Origin: an uncultured Gammaproteobacteria bacterium
GTDB taxonomy: Bacteria > Patescibacteriota > Patescibacteriia > Patescibacteriales > UBA12465
Reading direction: 5' to 3'
Assembly (NCBI GenBank): GCA_964616855.1
Contig: CAZTUJ010000001.1
Span: forward strand, 192,301-256,300
Length of the DNA: 64,000 nucleotides
Numbering within the stretch: the stretch's first letter is position 1; each line of letters begins with the position of its first letter. Positions 24,457-31,996 of the stretch are shown here, piece by piece. The position numbers and the translations under genes are program-made. The notes beneath the pieces are model-generated. The model was given only the letters and a program-made list of their open reading frames with translations. It was not told where the DNA came from and did not search any database.

Positions 24457-26136
24457 ATGCAATGGTTAAATGAATATTCACGGTCTTTCTTAGCAAAAGG
24501 CTATCTTAATAAAGGAACAGACGCCGAGCAGCGGATTAGAGATATTGCTAATAGCGCGGAAAAGATTTTAAATAAGCCCGGTTTTGCCGATAAATTTTAT
24601 GACTATATGTCTCGTGGCTACTATTCTCTGGCCTCGCCCATCTGGTCTAATTTCGGCCTGTCCAAGGGTTTCCCTATTAGCTGTTTTTCCTCTTATTTAG
24701 GAGATGATATGGGCCAGATTCTCTTTACCCAAGCAGAAGTGGGTATGATGAGTAAGTATGGCGGGGGTACGGCTGGCTATTTCGGAGACTTGCGGGGCCG
24801 GGGTACGGCTATTAAAGATAACGGCACCTCCTCAGGGGCGGTACATTTTATGCAACTCTTTGAAACCCTGGTTAATGTTGTTAGCCAAGGTTCAGTCCGC
24901 CGCGGTCACTTCGCTCCTTATTTGCCGGTGGAGCACCCTGATATTGAAGAGTTCCTGAATTTGGGTACAGAAGGTAACTCCATTCAAGAGATGACCTACG
25001 GTGTTACTGTAAGTGACCAGTGGCTTACAGATATGGAAAATGGCGACAGTCAGAAGCGGGCCATCTGGGCGAAGATTTTACAGAGACGCAGCCAGATGGG
25101 CTACCCTTATATCTTTTTTACCGATACAGTTAATAACAACACTGTTGATGTTTATAAGGATAAGAAACTGAAAATTAACGCCAGTAATCTTTGTTCGGAA
25201 ATATTGTTACCCTCTAATGAGCAGTGGTCCTTTGTGTGCGATCTTTCTTCTTTAAATCTCCTTTACTATGATGATTGGAAAAATACGGATGCCGTGGAAA
25301 CTTTGGTATATTTCTTAGATGCCGTCATGAGTGATTTTATTAGCCGCTTGGAAGAAATGCGCGACAGTAATGATTCCCGCAAACAGCAGTCCTTTACTTT
25401 TATGAAGAGAGCTTATGATTTTGCTACCCAGAATCGGGCTTTAGGTTTAGGGGTTTTGGGTTGGCACTCTTTATTGCAGAGCAAGATGATGCCTTTAGAT
25501 AGTCGGGAGAGCGCCCGTTTGAATGTGGCAATTTTCAAAGATATCCAAGAGCAGGCCTACGCCGCTTCGAAGAAGATGGCGCTTGAATACGGCGAGCCGG
25601 AAGTTTTAAAGGGTTATGGTCGCCGTAATACTACTTTAATGGCGATCGCTCCGACCACCTCTTCCGCTTTTATTTTAGGTCAGGTTTCCCAGAGCATTGA
25701 GCCGATTTGGTCTAACTGCTACGTTAAAGATATTGATAAGATGAAGGTGACAATTAAGAATAAGCAACTAGAGAAATTATTAGAAGAAAAAGGACAGAAT
25801 TCTAAAGAGGTTTGGGCAAGTATTCGTGATAATGATGGTTCAGTTCAGCAGCTATCTTTTTTAAGTCCAGAGGAGAAGGAAATCTTTAAGACTTTCCAGG
25901 AAATTAGCCAGAAGGTTATTATTGAGCATGCGGCCGCCCGTCAAGCCTATATTGATCAGGGTCAATCTCTCAACTTAGCTATCAATCCGGCTGTCCCCGC
26001 TAAGGAAATTAACGCTTTATATATGTATGCCTGGAAGTTGGGCATTAAGACCCTTTACTACCAGCACAGCATTAATGCCGCTCAACAGTTCGGGCGTTTA
26101 AAAGATTTACAGAATTGTCAGTCTTGCCAGTCCTAG
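24457..26136 (+). CDS. nrdA: Class I ribonucleotide reductase alpha subunit, short form without ATP-cone
   Basis: 559 aa. Active-site blocks are FPISCFSS, INASNLCSEILLP (Asn-x-Cys-x-Glu) and FVCDLSSLNL, with a C-terminal redox pair CQSCQS. No ATP-cone-like N-terminus is present. Confidence 0.85.
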   Translation: MQWLNEYSRSFLAKGYLNKGTDAEQRIRDIANSAEKILNKPGFADKFYDYMSRGYYSLASPIWSNFGLSKGFPISCFSSYLGDDMGQILFTQAEVGMMSKYGGGTAGYFGDLRGRGTAIKDNGTSSGAVHFMQLFETLVNVVSQGSVRRGHFAPYLPVEHPDIEEFLNLGTEGNSIQEMTYGVTVSDQWLTDMENGDSQKRAIWAKILQRRSQMGYPYIFFTDTVNNNTVDVYKDKKLKINASNLCSEILLPSNEQWSFVCDLSSLNLLYYDDWKNTDAVETLVYFLDAVMSDFISRLEEMRDSNDSRKQQSFTFMKRAYDFATQNRALGLGVLGWHSLLQSKMMPLDSRESARLNVAIFKDIQEQAYAASKKMALEYGEPEVLKGYGRRNTTLMAIAPTTSSAFILGQVSQSIEPIWSNCYVKDIDKMKVTIKNKQLEKLLEEKGQNSKEVWASIRDNDGSVQQLSFLSPEEKEIFKTFQEISQKVIIEHAAARQAYIDQGQSLNLAINPAVPAKEINALYMYAWKLGIKTLYYQHSINAAQQFGRLKDLQNCQSCQS

Positions 26137-26144
26137 AATATATG

Positions 26145-26181
26145 AAAAATCCGCGCTTTGTTAAAAGTCGCGGATTTTTTT
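26145..26181. terminator. Hairpin terminator between convergent nrdA and small membrane gene
   Basis: Stem atccgcg (26149-26155) pairs with cgcggat (26169-26175), with additional inner pairing, an A5 run upstream and a T7 run downstream. Confidence 0.75.
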
Positions 26182-26202
26182 GTTGGGTCTGTAGCGGTGG
26201 CG

Positions 26203-26466
26203 TTATTCTTTTTTTACCCTTATTAACCCCAGCATCAAACCAATAAGACTGGCGGCGAGGTTGGGGTAGGAAATACCCGGCCAGATTCCAATGGCTAGTC
26301 CGAGAAAGACGAGAAATAGAATTACCAGGGAAAAAATGAAAAAACCTTTTAATGCCGCTTTTGATTTTAATGTAAGCAGGCGAATGCTTGTACCGATGAT
26401 TATGCTGACGGTCAGCATGCCAGCAATAATCCATAATTGCCAGAGTTCAAAATTTTCTACTAACAT
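26203..26466 (-). CDS. Small hypothetical membrane protein (87 aa, about 3 TM helices)
   Basis: Hydrophobic segments WQLWIIAGMLTVSIIIG, GFFIFSLVILFLVFLGLAIGIW and LAASLIGLMLGLI. The terminator lies downstream. No family was recognised. Confidence 0.45.
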   Translation of the reverse strand: MLVENFELWQLWIIAGMLTVSIIIGTSIRLLTLKSKAALKGFFIFSLVILFLVFLGLAIGIWPGISYPNLAASLIGLMLGLIRVKKE

Positions 26467-26619
26467 ATGTCGTGTTTTTAAGGTGGATATAAAATGAACT
26501 GACTTGGTTTTAACATTTTCTTATAAAAGAGTCAATATTTATTAAATACAGAAAGCATATTATACTGAAATAAGCGCTTTTGGCGTAATTTTTGTCATTT
26601 AGCGTTTAATTATCTATTT

Positions 26620-29364
26620 ATGAATATCTTGAACAAAATTCTAGGTGATCCTAATGATAAAATCATTAAAGAAATCAGGAAAGTTGTTGATAAAATCAAT
26701 GTTCTAGAGACTGATTTTCAGGCTTTAGAATTGACTCAACTGCAGGAAAAAACCGCTGATTTTAAAGAAAGATTGAAAGCAGGCACCAGTTTGGATGAAC
26801 TTTTACCGGAAGCTTTTGCTAATATGCGCGAGGCCTCACGGCGGATTTTAGGTCAGCGTCATTATGATGTCCAGTTGATTGGTGGTATTGTTTTGCACCG
26901 TGGCCAGATTGCGGAAATGAAAACCGGTGAAGGTAAGACTTTGGTGGCCACTTTGCCTTTATATTTAAACGCCTTAGAAGGTAAGGGGGTACACTTAATC
27001 ACCGTTAATGACTATTTGGCCCGAATTGGTGCTGGTTGGATGGCCCCTCTCTATTTTGCTCTTGGTTTAAGCACTAGTGTCATTGTTCATGACGCTGCTT
27101 TTCAGTATGACCCGGAATATAACGACGAGAGTCAGTATGATGAGCGCTTGCGCCATTTCCGTCCTATTTCCCGTCGGGCCGCCTATTATTGCGATATTAC
27201 TTACGGTACTAATAATGAATTTGGTTTCGATTATCTGCGCGACAATATGGCCTATAGCCTAGATCAAACTGTCCAGCGCTCTTTGCATTATGCCATCGTT
27301 GATGAAATTGATTCTATCTTAATTGATGAAGCTCGCACCCCTTTGATTATTAGCGCTCCTGCCGAAGAGTCGGGTGATAAGTATTTGAAATTTTCACAGT
27401 TGGTGCAGAGATTGACTGAAAATGAAGATTATAATGTTGATGAAAAATTAAAAGCTGCTACTTTAACCGAAGCTGGTATTAATAAGATTGAAGAATGGTT
27501 AGGCGTCGGTAATATTTATGTTACTGGTGGCGTTAAAGATGTTCATCACCTTGAGCAAGCTTTGAAGGCGATGGTTTTATTCCATCGTGACCGTGACTAT
27601 GTCGTTAAAGACGGGGAAATTATCATCGTTGATGAATTTACCGGCCGCATGATGCCAGGACGGCGCTATAGCGAAGGCTTGCATCAGGCAATTGAAGCTA
27701 AAGAAGGGGTTAAGGTGCAGAAAGAATCGCAGACCATGGCCACCATTACCTTCCAGAATCTATTTCGTATGTACGGCAAGCTTGCTGGTATGACCGGTAC
27801 AGCTTTAACCGAGGCGGAAGAATTTTTCAAAATATATAAATTAGAAACAGTCGTTATCCCGACCAATAAGCCCAACGTCCGTAAAGATTTAAATGATTTA
27901 ATCTATCGCACGGAAGAAGATAAGTTCACAGCTGTTATTAAAGAAATCAAAAGACGTAATGAATTAGGCCAGCCGATTCTCATTGGTACAATTTCCATTG
28001 AAAAGAATGAAATTTTAGCGGGGATGATGGAGAGGGAAGGTTTGCGTCCACAAATGTTGAACGCTAAAAATCACCAGAAAGAAGCGGAGATCATTTCTCA
28101 GGCGGGACGTCCGGGGGCTATCACGCTAGCCACGAATATGGCCGGACGTGGCGTCGATATTATTTTAGGAGGTAATCCCGATGCTGACGATGTCGCTGCC
28201 ATCGCTGTTGCCAAAGAAGAACAGGAACGAGTCCGGGCTTTAGGTGGCCTGCATGTTATTGGTACCGAGCGTCATGAATCTCGTCGTATTGATAATCAGT
28301 TGCGTGGTCGCGCTGGTCGTCAAGGCGATCCTGGCTCTTCCCAATTCTATGTTTCTACCGATGATGACTTGATGCGTATTTTTGGTGGTGACCGGATGAA
28401 ATCAATGATGAAGACTTTGAAATTACCGCCAGATGTACCGATTGAAAATGGCATGATTTCCAAGTCTTTAGAATCCGCTCAGAAGAAGGTGGAAGGTAAT
28501 AACTTTGATATCAGAAAACATTTAGTTGAATATGATGATGTGATTAATAAGCACCGGGAGGCTATCTATCGCCGCCGCCGGGAAATTTTGGAAGCGGCTG
28601 AACTTGATACCGAAGCAAATAGGGCTGTTCCTTTGGAGAAATTTGGGGCAATGGTTAAAGTCCAGGTTGATGAAGAAATTGCTAAAATTGTTAGCTTCCA
28701 TACCGCCGGTGATAAAGCGGAGGAATGGAACTTGGCAGAGATTGCCGAAACGATGCGAGCAATGTTCAACGCCGGTCCAGAGTTAATGGAGAAGTTAAAG
28801 ACTATTGCTGGGGCGGGTAATGATGAGGGCCGTCAGGCTGTGCTTGATTATTTGAAACAAAGCGCCGTCGACGCCTATAGCGCTTTGGTAGAAAAATTTG
28901 CTCAAGCCAATATTGATTTTGCTGATGTTGCTAAAGGGATGCTTTTACGCTCGATTGATCAGATGTGGGTTGAGCATTTAGAGACCATGGATTATATGCG
29001 CCGTGGTATCGGTTTACGCGGCTATGGCCAGCGCGATCCCTTGGTGGAGTATAAGCGGGAAGCTTTCCGGATGTATCATGAATTGCTCGATCTTATCCGC
29101 CAGCAATTAGTCTATTCTGTTTATCGCACAGCGGACGCTTTGCAAATGGCCCCAGCCGCTCTTTTAAAGTTAGGAGAAAGCGAGCAGCCTAAGAATTTAC
29201 GCTTGGAGGGCGCACCCAAAGAAATGGAAAAATTAAGTGCCAAGCGCGATAACTTTGATTTAGTCAGAGAAAAAGCTAAGGATGAATCTGGCCGCACTAT
29301 TGGTCGCAATGATCCCTGTCCTTGTGGGAGTGGGAAGAAATATAAGAAATGTTGTGGAAAATAA
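26620..29364 (+). CDS. secA: Preprotein translocase ATPase SecA
   Basis: MKTGEGKTLVATLP (Walker A), the DEID block (VDEIDSILIDEARTPLIIS), TNMAGRGVDI, and the C-terminal zinc motif CPCGSGKKYKKCCG. Confidence 0.95.
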   Translation: MNILNKILGDPNDKIIKEIRKVVDKINVLETDFQALELTQLQEKTADFKERLKAGTSLDELLPEAFANMREASRRILGQRHYDVQLIGGIVLHRGQIAEMKTGEGKTLVATLPLYLNALEGKGVHLITVNDYLARIGAGWMAPLYFALGLSTSVIVHDAAFQYDPEYNDESQYDERLRHFRPISRRAAYYCDITYGTNNEFGFDYLRDNMAYSLDQTVQRSLHYAIVDEIDSILIDEARTPLIISAPAEESGDKYLKFSQLVQRLTENEDYNVDEKLKAATLTEAGINKIEEWLGVGNIYVTGGVKDVHHLEQALKAMVLFHRDRDYVVKDGEIIIVDEFTGRMMPGRRYSEGLHQAIEAKEGVKVQKESQTMATITFQNLFRMYGKLAGMTGTALTEAEEFFKIYKLETVVIPTNKPNVRKDLNDLIYRTEEDKFTAVIKEIKRRNELGQPILIGTISIEKNEILAGMMEREGLRPQMLNAKNHQKEAEIISQAGRPGAITLATNMAGRGVDIILGGNPDADDVAAIAVAKEEQERVRALGGLHVIGTERHESRRIDNQLRGRAGRQGDPGSSQFYVSTDDDLMRIFGGDRMKSMMKTLKLPPDVPIENGMISKSLESAQKKVEGNNFDIRKHLVEYDDVINKHREAIYRRRREILEAAELDTEANRAVPLEKFGAMVKVQVDEEIAKIVSFHTAGDKAEEWNLAEIAETMRAMFNAGPELMEKLKTIAGAGNDEGRQAVLDYLKQSAVDAYSALVEKFAQANIDFADVAKGMLLRSIDQMWVEHLETMDYMRRGIGLRGYGQRDPLVEYKREAFRMYHELLDLIRQQLVYSVYRTADALQMAPAALLKLGESEQPKNLRLEGAPKEMEKLSAKRDNFDLVREKAKDESGRTIGRNDPCPCGSGKKYKKCCGK

Positions 29365-29368
29365 ATAT

Positions 29369-29782
29369 ATGAAAATTTGTAGTGCATGTCTATTGGGGGT
29401 TAAATGTCGCTACGATAATAAAGGCAAGGCAAACGAGAAGATATTAGAATTATCAAAAAGAGAAGTCTTGATTCCTATTTGTCCCGAGCAATTAGGTGGC
29501 TTACCAACTCCGAGGGAAGCCGCCGAACAAATGGGTAAAAAGATTATTACAAAATCAGGGGAAGATGTTACGGATAGTTTTAAGAAAGGCGCTAAGGAAG
29601 TCTTAAAGATAGCTAAGCTATACGGTATTAAGGAAGCAATCCTGAAACAAAAAAGTCCTTCTTGTGGGTGCGGTCAGGTTTATGATGGGGGTTTTTCCGG
29701 GAAAATTATTAAGGGCAATGGTATTACAGCCTCTTTATTAGAAAAGAATGGGATTAAAATAATGACTGAGGAAGATTTATAA
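29369..29782 (+). CDS. DUF523 family protein (2-thiouracil desulfurase TudS-like)
   Basis: MKICSACLLGVKCRYDNKG...PICPEQLGGLPTPR...KSPSCG is the conserved Cys pattern of DUF523. ATG at 29369; the track start at 29282 overlaps secA. Confidence 0.65.
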   Translation: MKICSACLLGVKCRYDNKGKANEKILELSKREVLIPICPEQLGGLPTPREAAEQMGKKIITKSGEDVTDSFKKGAKEVLKIAKLYGIKEAILKQKSPSCGCGQVYDGGFSGKIIKGNGITASLLEKNGIKIMTEEDL

Positions 29783-29834
29783 AATTTTTAAGCCATAGTA
29801 ATAAAGTTAATGAAGGCTGTGAAAAGCAAAAAGT

Positions 29835-30290
29835 ATGAATTATTCTCTAAGTAAAGAAGCCTCTAAATCTTTTATTCAATTTTTTTCAGCTTCCTGGCTA
29901 GCTTTTATTGGCCTCTCTCCTTATTTCTTAGTGGCGATGGCCTTGATTGATTTAAATGCTGACTTCGGTTTTGCCTTATATGGTATTCTGTTTGATTATT
30001 TAAGTATCCCGTTTGCCTTAGTAGTTATTTTCTTTATTTTTAAAAAGAATTTGCTCAGAGTTGATTTTTTTAAAAAGTTTGTGGCGGAAAATGTTAAGAA
30101 AGTTTTTCTATCCGGAGTCATCCTTTTTTACTTAATCAGCTTTATTTCCATTATTATTAATATCAATAGTTTTTTTCCAGTCTTAATGATTGTTTTCTTT
30201 TCATTTTTTGCCTTTCCCTTTATGTGGGTCTTATTAAAATTTGGTTATAATTTTTTTAAGAGGATGAATGACTCCATTAAAGATATTTAA
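29835..30290 (+). CDS. Hypothetical polytopic membrane protein
   Basis: 151 aa, very AT-rich, with 4 hydrophobic segments. No family was recognised. Confidence 0.45.
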   Translation: MNYSLSKEASKSFIQFFSASWLAFIGLSPYFLVAMALIDLNADFGFALYGILFDYLSIPFALVVIFFIFKKNLLRVDFFKKFVAENVKKVFLSGVILFYLISFISIIININSFFPVLMIVFFSFFAFPFMWVLLKFGYNFFKRMNDSIKDI

Positions 30291-30325
30291 GATTTGTAAT
30301 TTTTGCCCGCCTGATCATTTCCTAT

Positions 30326-30757
30326 ATGATTCATAAAAGTTTGCCCGCTGTTTTTAATCCGAAGTTTGCTGTTGTCAGTTGCTATTTAGAAAATGATGGC
30401 GATATTTTACTCCTGCGCCGGCAAGACCATAAACCAGAAGGAAACTCTTGGGGATTGCCTGCTGGTAAGATTGACGACGGCGAAGATAAAATGTCGGCGA
30501 TGGTGAGAGAAATTTTTGAAGAAACAGGCCTGCTCATTGATTCAAAGGACCTAGAATATGTCGATAAGATTTATGTCCAATATCCTGACTACCATTTTAT
30601 TTATCATTCTTTCCGTTTAGTTTTAAAGTCAAAACCGCCCATTAAGATTAGTCCGAATGAACACAAAGAATACGTCTGGTTATCACCGCAAGCAGCCTTA
30701 GACCTAGAATTAATTAGAGATCTAGATGCTTGTATTAAAGATTTCTACGGTGTTTAA
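30326..30757 (+). CDS. NUDIX hydrolase
   Basis: Nudix box GLPAGKIDDGEDKMSAMVREIFEETGL. Confidence 0.8.
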   Translation: MIHKSLPAVFNPKFAVVSCYLENDGDILLLRRQDHKPEGNSWGLPAGKIDDGEDKMSAMVREIFEETGLLIDSKDLEYVDKIYVQYPDYHFIYHSFRLVLKSKPPIKISPNEHKEYVWLSPQAALDLELIRDLDACIKDFYGV

Positions 30758-30792
30758 TAATTATTCTCCGCTGGCGTTACCTTAAATTTTTT

Positions 30793-31311
30793 ATGAATTG
30801 GCAAAAGCTTTCCGAAGATCAAATTAAAGACGGTTGGCGCAAGATTCTTGCCCGTACTTTTCTGATGCCAAACGGCAAAGAAGCTGTCTTTGAAATTGAA
30901 CAAGAGCCGGAGATAGCTTGTGTGGTTGCCTTTACTCCCGACGAGAGGATTGTGATTGCCAAACAGTTTCGTCCCGGTCCCGAAAAGGTTTTGTGGGAAT
31001 TACCTGGCGGTATTATTGATCCAGGAGAAACGCCAATCGCGGCCGCTAGCCGAGAACTTTTAGAAGAGACTGGTTATCAGGGGGAGATGGAATATATTGG
31101 CACCGCTTATGACTGTGCTTATTCCACAGGTCGCCGTCACTGTTTCATTGTCAAAAATGCCCAAGTCGTGCAAGCCCAAATGCCAGAAGAAAATGAATTT
31201 ATTACCGTGGAAACTCTGGATTTACCTGCTTTTCGTCATCTCCTGCGGAGCGGAGAGCTAACTGATCCTGGAGTTGGCTATCTGGCTTTAGATTATTTGA
31301 ATCTATTATAG
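30793..31311 (+). CDS. NUDIX hydrolase (ADP-ribose pyrophosphatase-like)
   Basis: Nudix box ELPGGIIDPGETPIAAASRELLEETGY. Confidence 0.8.
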   Translation: MNWQKLSEDQIKDGWRKILARTFLMPNGKEAVFEIEQEPEIACVVAFTPDERIVIAKQFRPGPEKVLWELPGGIIDPGETPIAAASRELLEETGYQGEMEYIGTAYDCAYSTGRRHCFIVKNAQVVQAQMPEENEFITVETLDLPAFRHLLRSGELTDPGVGYLALDYLNLL

Positions 31312-31316
31312 AATTT

Positions 31317-31973
31317 ATGTCTGAAAAGCAATTAAATTTTCTTAATATCTTTGAAACTTCTAAAAAAGAAGAGGCGTCTTCATCTGAATCGGAATATTTA
31401 GTTAAAAATGGAGAGAACGATTATGAAGATCCGCTCGTTTTTGATTTAGAGGAAAAAAGATTAAGGGAGGAAGCAGAATTAATTTCTCGAAAAGAAAGAG
31501 AAAAGAATGAATTAGAATTAAAACGAAGTCAGCGCCAGCGATTATTAGATTCTCATTCACCTCGTCACCCATCTGATTTTCAGTCCGTCTTACCAGAAAT
31601 ACAGCAGTATGCCGAGAGATCGCGTTCATATCGTGCTGTTTATGAAAGTTCTTCTCCAGAGCAAAAATCAGAGCTTTATCCACGCTTAGTTTGGCCAGAT
31701 ACTTACGAAGAGCCGGAATATCGCGAAAGTGCCCGCCTTTATATTAATTATCTAGAAGCAGTAAAGAGGGAAAGGGAAGAACAATCCGAGAATAAAATGA
31801 AATCCTCATTTTCAAAAAAGAAGAAGGAGAAGAAGACGTTGACTCCTACTAAGAAGCAGGAAAAAGTTATTATTAGAAGATCATTAGTCGAAGCTGATGC
31901 CCAGGAGGATGATGACGCACCCAATCCTTATGGCGATATCTATCCTTATAGTCGAAATTGGCGCTCTAAGTAA
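31317..31973 (+). CDS. Hypothetical highly charged (E/K/R/S-rich) probably disordered protein
   Basis: 218 aa with no hydrophobic core segments, low-complexity runs (KKKKEKK, REREEQSE) and scattered Tyr/Pro motifs. Confidence 0.5.
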   Translation: MSEKQLNFLNIFETSKKEEASSSESEYLVKNGENDYEDPLVFDLEEKRLREEAELISRKEREKNELELKRSQRQRLLDSHSPRHPSDFQSVLPEIQQYAERSRSYRAVYESSSPEQKSELYPRLVWPDTYEEPEYRESARLYINYLEAVKREREEQSENKMKSSFSKKKKEKKTLTPTKKQEKVIIRRSLVEADAQEDDDAPNPYGDIYPYSRNWRSK

Positions 31974-31996
31974 TTTTTAAAATTATTTTATAAATA

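Noticed and set aside
26467-26619. 153-nt intergenic region upstream of secA, examined for a small RNA or tRNA. The regions 57662-57786 and 63184-63351 were examined in the same way.
   Set aside because: They are AT-rich with no cloverleaf-compatible stems, no conserved tRNA T-loop sequence and no strong hairpins other than the annotated terminator. They are most simply divergent promoter DNA.
31974-31996. T-box or other leader upstream of ileS, and likewise upstream of proS at 40023-40053.
   Set aside because: These intergenic spaces are only about 20-30 nt, far too short for a T-box riboswitch.
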